Below are positions 55,980 through 64,000 of a stretch of 64,000 nt of DNA, one piece after another (the first letter of the stretch is position 1; each line of letters opens with the position of its first letter). The position numbers were made by a program, and so were the translations under genes. The notes under the pieces are model-generated. The model was not told the DNA's origin and did no database searches. It worked only from the letters and a program-made list of their open reading frames with translations. The DNA comes from an uncultured Candidatus Saccharibacteria bacterium (GTDB lineage Bacteria; Patescibacteriota; Minisyncoccia; Phycocordibacterales; SIBU01), in NCBI GenBank assembly GCA_964355335.1, contig CAYHDB010000001.1, positions 23,387-87,386 on the forward strand. Direction: 5' to 3'.

Positions 55980-57260
55980 ATGGATAAAAGTTTTTTACGT
56001 TTCAAGACAGCCGTTGAATATATAGACAGTCTGGGAAACCTGCCTTTGTTTGACGACTATATGTCTGGCACCGCCAAGCCTCACCCGGAAATATTTCTCA
56101 AAAGAATGAGATATTTTTTGGATTTGCTTGGAAATCCGGAGAGAGGTTTTAAGTTTGTTCATATTACCGGCACCTCTGGAAAGGGAACTGTGGCAACAAT
56201 GGTTCACAACGGTCTGGTGGCTTCCGGAAAATCCTGTGGTCTTTTCACCTCGCCTTATGTGGTAAGTCCTCTGGAGAAAATTCAGGTAAATGATTTGTAT
56301 ATTTCTCCTGACGAGTTTGCAGATATTTTCGAGGAGATAAAACCTTTCATCGATAAGGCATATATTTCAGGTGAGTTCGGTCGTCCGTCATATTTTGAAA
56401 TCTACCTTGCAATGGCTTTTGCCTATTTCAAGAAAAAAAAATGCGAGTGGGCAGTGCTTGAAGTCGGCTGTGGGGGAAGGTATGACGCCACCAATATTAT
56501 CCCGGCTCCAGTGGCTAGCGCCATCACTTGTATTGATTATGACCACATTGAGATTTTGGGTAAAACGTTGAATAAGATAGCTTTGGACAAGGCGGGAATA
56601 ATTAAGAAAGGCTCAACGTTTTTTACTGCCGAACCGCGCCAACCATTGAGAAAGATGTTTAGAGAGGTTTGTCTCAAGGAAGGTGCTTCATGTGAGGAGG
56701 TTTCTCCGAAGGTGGGCGACGATTCCAACGCGGTACTTGCGGAAACAATTTTGCGGTCCATCGGTGTTTCAGATGTTTTTATTCAACAAGGCTTAGGTTA
56801 CACAAAATTACCTGCGCGGTTTGAGATAATGCAGAAGAAACCGCTAGTAATAATTGATGGTGCGCATAATCGTTCCAAGGTCGCACATACAGTTGCGTTG
56901 CTTAGGAAACAAAAATATAAAAAGCTGTTTTTAATTCTTGCGATTGCAAACAACAAAGACAGTGAGGACATTCTTACGCAAATCGTACCGCTTGCCGATA
57001 AAGTTTTTCTTACCAGATTTCTTTCTATGGATAGAAAGCCTGCACCTCCTGCTCGTTTAATGACGGAGCTAAAGCCCCATCTTAAACCCGGAGCCACTGT
57101 GGAGATTCTCCTCGATCCGACGGATGCATATGATAAGGCTAGGGTAAAATCCGAAAATGAAGATTGTATTTTGGTCACAGGCTCTTTTTATCTTGCGGGT
57201 GAATTGCGCAAGAAATGGTATCCCGAGGAGGTGGTCGCCCAAAGGCGAAAAAGTTTCTAG
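55980..57260 (+). CDS. folC: folylpolyglutamate synthase / dihydrofolate synthase (Mur ligase family)
   Basis: HITGTSGKGTVATM is a Mur ligase P-loop, followed by IDGAHN. Confidence 0.85.
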   Translation: MDKSFLRFKTAVEYIDSLGNLPLFDDYMSGTAKPHPEIFLKRMRYFLDLLGNPERGFKFVHITGTSGKGTVATMVHNGLVASGKSCGLFTSPYVVSPLEKIQVNDLYISPDEFADIFEEIKPFIDKAYISGEFGRPSYFEIYLAMAFAYFKKKKCEWAVLEVGCGGRYDATNIIPAPVASAITCIDYDHIEILGKTLNKIALDKAGIIKKGSTFFTAEPRQPLRKMFREVCLKEGASCEEVSPKVGDDSNAVLAETILRSIGVSDVFIQQGLGYTKLPARFEIMQKKPLVIIDGAHNRSKVAHTVALLRKQKYKKLFLILAIANNKDSEDILTQIVPLADKVFLTRFLSMDRKPAPPARLMTELKPHLKPGATVEILLDPTDAYDKARVKSENEDCILVTGSFYLAGELRKKWYPEEVVAQRRKSF

Positions 57261-57290
57261 GGTCGAGGGTCGTGATATAATTTCTCAATC

Positions 57291-58130
57291 ATGTTTGATT
57301 ACATAGACGTACATTCCCACGTCAATTTTGTTGCTTTTGACGCTGATAGAGAGGAGACGATAAAACGTGCTTTGGACAACGGTGTTTATGTGATAAATGT
57401 TGGGACCCAAGTAGATACTTCAAAGAAGGCCATAGAAATGGCGGAAAAATACGAAAAGGGTGTTTATGCCATTATTGGTCTTCATCCTGTTCATACCGAC
57501 AAATCTTTTCATGATGAAAAGGAGCTAGGAGAAGGCGGAAAGGAGTTCACGAGTCGAGGAGAAGTGTTTGACGAAAAAGCTTATCTAGATATGGCTAAGC
57601 ACCCGAAAGTTGTCGGTATAGGGGAGTGTGGTTTGGATTACTACCGGTTGGAACTTGAAAGTGAAAGAAAACAACGCGAGGCTTTTTCTACGCAAATTAA
57701 TGTTGCAAATGAATCAGGAAAACCTCTAATGCTTCATGTAAGAAATGGTTCAGACAAATCCGCATACCGCGATGCGCTGGCGATTTTAAAGTCTGAAGCC
57801 AAGGTGAAGGGCGACTTTCATTTCTTTGCCGGAAATTGGGATGAGGCGAAAGAGATTTTGGATGCCGGGTTTAATCTTTCATTTACCGGTGTTATCACTT
57901 TTGCCAGAAATTATGACGAGGTGGTGAAAAATGTCCCTCTAAACAGGATTATGTCGGAGACAGATTGTCCCTATGTGACCCCGGCACCATTTAGGGGAAA
58001 GAGAAATGAGCCAATGCATGTGAGGGAAGTGGTAAAAAAGATAGCTGAGATAAGGGGAGAAAATTTTGAAATCGTCAGGAGACAACTTGTGCAAAATGCC
58101 AAGGATTTTTTCAGTCTTTCTTCCGAATAA
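57291..58130 (+). CDS. tatD: TatD-family metal-dependent hydrolase
   Basis: IDVHSHVNF...GECGLDYY...MLHVRN...ETDCPY. Confidence 0.85.
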   Translation: MFDYIDVHSHVNFVAFDADREETIKRALDNGVYVINVGTQVDTSKKAIEMAEKYEKGVYAIIGLHPVHTDKSFHDEKELGEGGKEFTSRGEVFDEKAYLDMAKHPKVVGIGECGLDYYRLELESERKQREAFSTQINVANESGKPLMLHVRNGSDKSAYRDALAILKSEAKVKGDFHFFAGNWDEAKEILDAGFNLSFTGVITFARNYDEVVKNVPLNRIMSETDCPYVTPAPFRGKRNEPMHVREVVKKIAEIRGENFEIVRRQLVQNAKDFFSLSSE

Positions 58131-58207
58131 ACTGTTTTTAGCTCTAAATTAGGAATAATCTATTTATTAGTGTCAAACCCTTGATTTGGCTGTGGCACCG
58201 TGTTAGT

Positions 58208-58708
58208 ATGCTCCTCATGACTTTAAACGATAGTAATGAACAGGCAGAGAACCGTATTTACGAAATCGGTTTTCATCTTGTGTCTTCCATACCGGAAGAG
58301 AAGCTTTCTGCGGAAGTAACGATTATTAAAGACGTGTTGGAGAAGAATGGTGCGGTATTTATCTCGGAAGAGTTTCCTAAGTTGAGACCTCTCTCGTACA
58401 TGATGACCAAGGTAATTGGTCCTCGCCATCTCCGATTCGATACGGCTTATTTTGGTTGGGTTAAGTTTGAAATGGATCCTGCATCCATCGATACCGCAAA
58501 GAAGATTTTGGAGAGAAATGACAACGTCCTTCGATTTTTGATAGTAAAGACGGTTCGTGAAAGTACTCTTGCTGTCATCAAGCCACCGACATTCCGCACA
58601 GAGGAGAAGCCTATTCCCGGAATTGATGTTGTAAAAGACGCCCCAGTGAAAAGCCCAATGTCAGAAGCTGAGATGGATAAGACAATTGACTCACTTATAG
58701 TAGAATAA
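58208..58708 (+). CDS. rpsF: 30S ribosomal protein S6
   Basis: YEIGFHLVSS...RFLIVKT, in the rpsF-ssb-rpsR operon context. Confidence 0.8.
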   Translation: MLLMTLNDSNEQAENRIYEIGFHLVSSIPEEKLSAEVTIIKDVLEKNGAVFISEEFPKLRPLSYMMTKVIGPRHLRFDTAYFGWVKFEMDPASIDTAKKILERNDNVLRFLIVKTVRESTLAVIKPPTFRTEEKPIPGIDVVKDAPVKSPMSEAEMDKTIDSLIVE

Positions 58709-58712
58709 AAGC

Positions 58713-59174
58713 ATGTATCTCAATAAAGCAATTATCATAGGAAATTTGACACGCGACCCGGAAATGCGGGCGCTTCCATCCGGGATACAAGTTTGCAGTT
58801 TCAGTGTAGCGACTAATCGAGTTTTTAAAGATAAAGAGGGCAATAAGAAAGAGCAGGCAGATTTTCACAACATAGTGGTATTCGGAAGACAAGCGGAAAC
58901 AGCGGGACAGTATTTGAAGAAAGGACAGTCAGTGTTGATAGAAGGTAGAATACAGACAAGAAGTTGGGATGATAAATCAAACGGAGAGAAGAAGTATCGA
59001 ACAGAAATTGTCGCCGATCGAGTGCAGTTTGGTCCTAAGGCTGGGGCAGGTGGGGGAAGTGGAGCTTTTAGTGGTCCGAAGTCAGAATCCAAAGCTTCTT
59101 CAGGTCCCGCAGAGCCGGCTGGAGGTATCGAGTATCCAACAGACGAAATTAACCCGGAAGATATACCTTTTTAA
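58713..59174 (+). CDS. ssb: single-stranded DNA-binding protein
   Basis: [19 protein letters not shown]...[12 protein letters not shown]...acidic tail ending DIPF. Confidence 0.9.
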   Translation: MYLNKAIIIGNLTRDPEMRALPSGIQVCSFSVATNRVFKDKEGNKKEQADFHNIVVFGRQAETAGQYLKKGQSVLIEGRIQTRSWDDKSNGEKKYRTEIVADRVQFGPKAGAGGGSGAFSGPKSESKASSGPAEPAGGIEYPTDEINPEDIPF

Positions 59175-59185
59175 ACATTAATTAT

Positions 59186-59389
59186 ATGACAAAACAGTGT
59201 TACTTTTCACAAAATAATATCAAGTTTATAGACTACAAGGATGTAGAGCTTCTTAAGAAGTTCCTTAATCCTCACTCTCGTATGCTTTCTCGTAAGAAGA
59301 CAGGCGTAACTGCCAAGAACCAGCGTAAGCTTGCCGAGGCGGTCAAACGTGCGCGGTTTATGGGACTCTTGCCATTCGTTTCTCGATAA
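59186..59389 (+). CDS. rpsR: 30S ribosomal protein S18
   Basis: [13 protein letters not shown]...[27 protein letters not shown]. Confidence 0.9.
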   Translation: MTKQCYFSQNNIKFIDYKDVELLKKFLNPHSRMLSRKKTGVTAKNQRKLAEAVKRARFMGLLPFVSR

Positions 59390-59395
59390 TTTAAA

Positions 59396-59432
59396 ACAAA
59401 AAACTCCCGAGGATAATCCTCGGGAGTTTTTT
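59396..59432 (+). terminator. Rho-independent terminator
   Basis: aaaaaactcccgaggataatcctcgggagttttttg. Confidence 0.8.
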
Positions 59433-59464
59433 GTTATTTAAATCTTTAATCTTAAATCTGCCAA

Positions 59465-60034
59465 CTAGTTCACCCTCTCCACATACTCTCCAGTTTCCGT
59501 ATTGATACGGATCATTTCTCCTTGATTGATGAACATCGGGACGTTTACTGTCGCTCCGGTTTCGAGTGTGACGGTCTTTGTCCCGCCCTGAACTGTGTTG
59601 CCTTTGACGGCATCCACCGCCTCAGTCACTTTGAGCTCAACCTTGACTGGGAGTTTGAAACCGACATGGCGTTCCTGAAAAGACAGGATTTTCACTACCG
59701 TGTTTGGTTTTAGAAATTTCCCTTGTGGTCCGACAAGTTCTTCTTTCATGGCATAGCGTTTTGTTGGGTCAGCAGGGTCTGAGAACCAGAACTCGCCACG
59801 ATTGCTGTAAAGGAATTTTGCGTCTCGTGAGTCAATCTCCGCTTCCTCCACCTTTTCTGATACGTGAAAAGAGATTTCTTTCACCGAGCCGGTAATAAGG
59901 TTCTTCAATTTGGTGGCGTTGACGGGTTTTCGCTGTTGTTTGCGGAAAACGTGGGACGTCAAAACTTCATATGGCTCGTTCTCGTAAATGATGTACTTTC
60001 GCTCTTTTACTTCGTTGTATTCCAATAGAGACAT
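59465..60034 (-). CDS. efp: elongation factor P
   Basis: KLKNLITGSVKEISF...KVEEAEIDSRDAKFLYSNRGEFWF...VTLETGATVNVPMFINQGEMIRINTETGEYVERV. Confidence 0.85.
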   Translation of the reverse strand: MSLLEYNEVKERKYIIYENEPYEVLTSHVFRKQQRKPVNATKLKNLITGSVKEISFHVSEKVEEAEIDSRDAKFLYSNRGEFWFSDPADPTKRYAMKEELVGPQGKFLKPNTVVKILSFQERHVGFKLPVKVELKVTEAVDAVKGNTVQGGTKTVTLETGATVNVPMFINQGEMIRINTETGEYVERVN

Positions 60035-60094
60035 GGGTTTATAACACCTAAACAATAATAGGGGACATTCTAGCCGAGAGAAGGCCGAAAGGCA

Positions 60095-60186
60095 AATCTA
60101 AAATTACGGAATGACAAATTACTTATAACTGAATAACCGATAACATAAAGAAAAAGTAATTCAGTGATTCAGTTGTCAGTCATAAG
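60095..60186. repeat. Palindromic word repeat, family 2, third copy
   Basis: atgacaaattacttataactgaataaccg...gtaattcagtgattcagttgtcagtcataagttattcag. Confidence 0.8.
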
Positions 60187-61308
60187 TTATTCAGCGCCAT
60201 CTTCACCGGCACTTTCACCTGCGCCAGCGTTGCCTGATGTGTCGCCATCTTTTAGACGTTTCTTGATTTCTTTGAGTACCTCGTCAGCAACTTTTTTGTT
60301 TTCCTTTAGGAATTGGCGGGTAGCATCATAGCCACGGCCCAATTTGACGGTTTCTCCCTTTATCCCTTTTTCACCCTTTTCTCCCTTTTTATCTACCGGT
60401 ACATACTCATATGACTGGCCAACTTTTTTTACAAGGCCCATTTTTTCTCCGAGAGCAATGATTTCACCTTCACGGGAAATACCCTCGTTGTACATAAGGT
60501 CGAACTCTGTTTGCTTGAACGGAGCGGCCACTTTGTTCTTGACCACTTTCACACGGATGCGTCCTCCCATAATTTCTTCACCTTTTTTGATTTGAGCAAT
60601 TCGGCGGATATCGAGACGTACAGATGTGTAGAACTTAAGGGCTTTGCCCCCTGGAGTTGTCTCAGGGTTTCCAAACATCACACCGATTTGCATACGGATT
60701 TGGTTGATGAAGATGACGATGGTCTTCGACTTGGCGACAATGGCCGTGAGCTTTCGAAGAGCCTGCGACATAAGGCGTGCCTGCTTTCCGACGTGGGACT
60801 GTCCCATATCGCCCTCAATCTCGTCCTTGGGGGTCAGGGCTGCCACTGAGTCGATAACTATCACGTCTATCTTTCCGCTTCTTACAAGCGATTCTACGAT
60901 TTCCAGCGCCTGCTCTCCTGTGTCCGGTTGGGATATGAGAAGCTCGTCAATTTTTACTCCAAGTCGTTTGGAATATTCTGGGTCCATTGCGTGTTCGGCA
61001 TCAATGAAAGCGCAAATACCGCCTTTCTTTTGTGCCTCTGCAATGACATGAAGACAGAGAGTTGTTTTGCCAGATGATTCAGGTCCGAATATTTCGATGA
61101 TGCGTCCGCGGGGGAGACCTCCGACACCGAGTGCTGAGTCGAGACCGATCGAGCCAGTCGAGACAGCATTGATATCCACGTGAGGCTTCTCTCCGAGCTT
61201 CATTATCGAGTCCTCGCCGAATTTTGTTTTGATGGCGTTTAAAGTGTCCTCAATGCTTGAGCTTGTTGTCTTCAATTCTTTTTCCTTTTTTGGTTTTCCG
61301 AAGGCCAT
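60187..61308 (-). CDS. recA: recombinase RecA
   Basis: [17 protein letters not shown] (Walker A), [17 protein letters not shown]. Has a Gly/Glu-rich C-terminal extension. Confidence 0.95.
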   Translation of the reverse strand: MAFGKPKKEKELKTTSSSIEDTLNAIKTKFGEDSIMKLGEKPHVDINAVSTGSIGLDSALGVGGLPRGRIIEIFGPESSGKTTLCLHVIAEAQKKGGICAFIDAEHAMDPEYSKRLGVKIDELLISQPDTGEQALEIVESLVRSGKIDVIVIDSVAALTPKDEIEGDMGQSHVGKQARLMSQALRKLTAIVAKSKTIVIFINQIRMQIGVMFGNPETTPGGKALKFYTSVRLDIRRIAQIKKGEEIMGGRIRVKVVKNKVAAPFKQTEFDLMYNEGISREGEIIALGEKMGLVKKVGQSYEYVPVDKKGEKGEKGIKGETVKLGRGYDATRQFLKENKKVADEVLKEIKKRLKDGDTSGNAGAGESAGEDGAE

Positions 61309-61339
61309 AAAATTAGTTTTTAAAGTTAATAAAGTTTCA

Positions 61340-61483
61340 TTTATAATTCTCCCTTTCCTAAAGGGAGGGGACCGCTTGCGGTGAGGGATTTAAATCCTCT
61401 GTCCTCGCCCGCCAAAGTTTTGTTTTGCAAAATTTAGGCGGGCGAGCCGATTCGGCCACCTCCTTTAGGAAGGAGGAACATGA
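61340..61483. repeat. Modular hairpin element, family 4, copy D, upstream of recA
   Basis: cctttcctaaagggagggg + ggtgagggatttaaatcctct + cgcccgccaaag...ttaggcgggcg + cacctcctttaggaaggaggaa. Confidence 0.7.
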
Positions 61484-61488
61484 CACTG

Positions 61489-61824
61489 TTACGTTGATAA
61501 TTTTTTATATCTTTTTAATTTGCCGTAGAGCCAGCCTAGAAGAGCGCCAATTAAAAAGTATGCGAGTGCCGTTATTAAAATTAAGGATATTCCTTCACGG
61601 AAGATTTCTTGAAAACTTGGTACTGAATCTCTCATTCCCAAAAACATTGTAAATGGGGAGAAGGATACAATTATTAGGCCAAATAAGTCACCAAAAAATT
61701 TTCCAAGGTGGGGATCTTTCACAGTCCCGCTTATCATTAATAGAATGAGAATGCTTGCAAGAAAACTCAATACTGAAAATAGTACGGCTCCTCTCATCCA
61801 GTATGGCCACGATTCTTTGTTCAT
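61489..61824 (-). CDS. hypothetical multi-TM membrane protein
   Basis: A 111-aa product with three predicted TM helices. Confidence 0.45.
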   Translation of the reverse strand: MNKESWPYWMRGAVLFSVLSFLASILILLMISGTVKDPHLGKFFGDLFGLIIVSFSPFTMFLGMRDSVPSFQEIFREGISLILITALAYFLIGALLGWLYGKLKRYKKLST

Positions 61825-61833
61825 TTTCTTTAA

Positions 61834-62226
61834 TTAATTTGTTAGTGGGGTAGAACTCGCTGAGGTGTTTCCCCCTTGTTTTTTGTACACCAACTCCAAC
61901 GTCTTTTGTGTTTTCTTTCCGAACCTGTCCTCCGCCTTAATCGTAAGTATATTATAGCCAGGGAGGAGGAGCAATTTCTCACTAAAAACACCCTTTTTGT
62001 CGACGAATATAGCCCCATCGTTTAGGGTTATAAAGGCGATATTTTCTGCTGTACCCTCAATTATTACCGGGTTTTCGGTTACGAGAGACCCATTTACGGG
62101 TGAGGTAATGGTAATTTCAGGACCATGCAAATATTGCCTTGACTGAATATATGCATATATTCCTATTGTCAGAGCAATTAAGATTGCAATCGCTAGCCCG
62201 AGGAATAATTTTGCGTTACGTTCCAT
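61834..62226 (-). CDS. hypothetical membrane-anchored protein
   Basis: N-terminal TM (LFLGLAIAILIALTIGIYAYI), then a beta-rich domain. Confidence 0.45.
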   Translation of the reverse strand: MERNAKLFLGLAIAILIALTIGIYAYIQSRQYLHGPEITITSPVNGSLVTENPVIIEGTAENIAFITLNDGAIFVDKKGVFSEKLLLLPGYNILTIKAEDRFGKKTQKTLELVYKKQGGNTSASSTPLTN

Positions 62227-62254
62227 TTAAGTAGTTCGGTGGGGGAAGAGTAGC

Positions 62255-64000
62255 CTATGGCTGAGGTTGCACAGGCTCTTCTTGTTCTGGCTGGGCTTCG
62301 ATTTCGCTTCCACCGCCCATTACCTCACGAGGTTTCGCTCCGTCAGCGGGTCCGATAACTCCGCGTTCTTCCAGCACGTCCATGAGCCGAGCCGCTCGGG
62401 CGTATCCGACACGAAGCTTGCGCTGAATGTAGGAAGTTGAAGCCTTCCCAGCCTTCATTACCTCGTCTTTGGCTTGTTCATAAAGGTCGTCATCTATTTC
62501 CTCGTCATCTCCAAAGCTTGATTCAAAAATCGCATTTTTATCTGCCACGGCTTCCGGTGTCAGATTCAATTCTGATGGAATACCACCGTCGTAATTTTCT
62601 CTGAGATAATTTACGACTTTTTTGAGTTCGGATTCGCTTATGTATGCGGATTGAATACGCTGTGGCTTAGACATCTCACTTCCAAGGAAGAGCATGTCTC
62701 CTGCACCTAATAGTTTTTCCGCACCTCCGGTATCAAGAATCGTGCGGGAGTCTATTTGGGACGATACCTGCAAGGCGATTCTTCCAGGGATGTTTGCCTT
62801 GATGAGACCTGTAATGACGTTTACCGAAGGTCTTTGCGTACTAAGAATGAGGTGAATACCGACGGCGCGACTCATTTGGGCTAGTCTGACGATTGCGGAT
62901 TCAAGTTCGCGGGGATAGGTGGACATAATATCCGCAAGTTCGTCGATGACGATCACGATATAAGGCATAAGTTCCGGGATTTTGCCGTCAGCCTCGCGTT
63001 CCTCCGGAGATTTTTTCTCGAGTTTCTTAAGTTCAGGTTCCAATACCGTCTTGTGGTACGACTCTATGTCACGAACCGATTCGGATTCCAGTATGTCGTA
63101 GCGTCTATCCATTTCCTTAGCCGCCCATTTGAGCGCAAGGATGGCCTTCTTGGCTTCCGTTATTACGGGCGTGAGTAGGTGGGGGATTTTGTTATAAAGA
63201 GTAAGTTCGACTCGCTTCGGGTCAATCATTATGAACTTAAGGTTTTCTACTGAGTTCCTGAACAAAAGGGATGTGATGATTGTGTGAATGGTCACTGATT
63301 TTCCTGAGCCTGTAGTACCGGCAATAAGAAGGTGAGGCATTTTCGCAAGGTTGGCAAAATGTGATTTGCCAGAAATGCCTTTGCCAAGTGATACGAGAAG
63401 GGGTTTTTCTGAACTCTGATATTCTTCCGCAGATAGGAGCGTCGCAAGTCCGACAGTGGATTTGGTCGTGTTCGGTATTTCGATGCCCACAAGTGATTTT
63501 CCCGGGATAGGAGCTTCAATACGAAGCGGGTGGGCAGCAAGTGCCAGTGATAGATCGTTTTGAAGTGCGACGATTCTGGATAGTTTGACTCCCTCGGCCG
63601 GCTTTAAAGCATAGCGCGTGACTGACGGTCCGATGGATATCTCATCCATCTCTACGTTGATACCGAAATTGGCGAGCGTTCTTTTGATTATATTCTTGTT
63701 GGCGTTGATATCCCCGACAACAGGTTTCCCCTTGTCTCTCTCAAGAAGAGTGAGTGGGGGAGGAGTGAAGGCTTTCCCGATGTTTTTAAAAGAAAAAGGT
63801 TGAGTTTTTTTGTTGATTGCGAGTGCGTCAATTTCGTTTGCCTGGATAGGTAAGGCCTTAGTTTTTTCTGATTTTTGAGATTCCTTTTTGTCGTTGCTCT
63901 TTTCTTTTTCCTCTTCACTTTCTTCGTCGGCTTCCTCGGACGTGTCCTCCTGCACATCATATTCTTTCTCGTCCTCAGAGTCGGATGTTTTTTCCTTTCC
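62255..64000 (-). CDS. ftsK: DNA translocase FtsK/SpoIIIE (C-terminal motor and gamma domain; the N-terminus lies beyond the window)
   Basis: LLIAGTTGSGKSVTIHTII (Walker A), IVIVIDELADIM (Walker B), and the winged-helix gamma domain YEQAKDEVMKAGKASTSYIQRKLRVGYARAARLMDVLEERGVIGPADG. The reading frame stays open to nt 64000. Confidence 0.9.
   Translation of the reverse strand, partial: GKEKTSDSEDEKEYDVQEDTSEEADEESEEEKEKSNDKKESQKSEKTKALPIQANEIDALAINKKTQPFSFKNIGKAFTPPPLTLLERDKGKPVVGDINANKNIIKRTLANFGINVEMDEISIGPSVTRYALKPAEGVKLSRIVALQNDLSLALAAHPLRIEAPIPGKSLVGIEIPNTTKSTVGLATLLSAEEYQSSEKPLLVSLGKGISGKSHFANLAKMPHLLIAGTTGSGKSVTIHTIITSLLFRNSVENLKFIMIDPKRVELTLYNKIPHLLTPVITEAKKAILALKWAAKEMDRRYDILESESVRDIESYHKTVLEPELKKLEKKSPEEREADGKIPELMPYIVIVIDELADIMSTYPRELESAIVRLAQMSRAVGIHLILSTQRPSVNVITGLIKANIPGRIALQVSSQIDSRTILDTGGAEKLLGAGDMLFLGSEMSKPQRIQSAYISESELKKVVNYLRENYDGGIPSELNLTPEAVADKNAIFESSFGDDEEIDDDLYEQAKDEVMKAGKASTSYIQRKLRVGYARAARLMDVLEERGVIGPADGAKPREVMGGGSEIEAQPEQEEPVQPQP

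Noticed and set aside
1-64000. A search for CRISPR arrays, cas genes, transposases, integrases, restriction-modification or toxin-antitoxin pairs.
   Set aside because: None of these is present. There are no regularly spaced direct repeats of 28-37 bp with unique spacers, and no ORF carries recognisable nuclease, integrase or TA motifs. The repeats present are palindromic word clusters.

Overview
This is an AT-rich, densely packed chromosomal segment of about 64 kb. It encodes mostly housekeeping genes of a small-genome bacterium. The gene content and the many short genes suggest a Patescibacteria/CPR-like organism, but that is inference only.

Genes I can support from the protein sequences:
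- Information processing: ruvX, rplS, secE-nusG-rplK, rpsF-ssb-rpsR, efp, recA, recO, ftsK (partial), argS, ileS, glyQS, metG, and five tRNAs (Ser-TGA, Arg-TCT, Val-TAC, Leu-GAG, His-GTG).
- A dTMP/folate neighbourhood: folD, dcd, folA, thyA, a dCMP deaminase, glyA, tmk, dut and folC.
- A PilM/PilN/PilO-like type IV pilus assembly cluster.
- A MacA/MacB-like tripartite ABC efflux operon with an AbrB-type regulator.
- An accessory-looking cluster downstream of tRNA-His: two NUDIX hydrolases, an EEP nuclease and an APH-like kinase.

Nothing in the window looks like a CRISPR array, a transposase or a prophage.

Four things stand out.
- IleRS carries a complete histidine-phosphatase (PGAM-like) domain, about 200 aa, inserted in its zinc-knuckle loop.
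- A TrpR/YerC-like regulator gene is flanked by two long perfect palindromes and sits next to a LOG-family (TIGR00725) gene and a PRTase-domain gene.
- A family of modular three-hairpin elements occurs in four copies; one copy lies in frame inside a kinase-like CDS.
- Several other families of short palindromic word repeats occupy intergenic spacers and lie in frame inside conserved enzymes (RluA-like, MBL-fold hydrolase, IleRS, Cob adenosyltransferase). This resembles Rickettsia palindromic elements.

Both tRNA-Leu and tRNA-His are followed by partial copies of their own 3' ends, suggesting pseudo-tRNAs or recombination scars.
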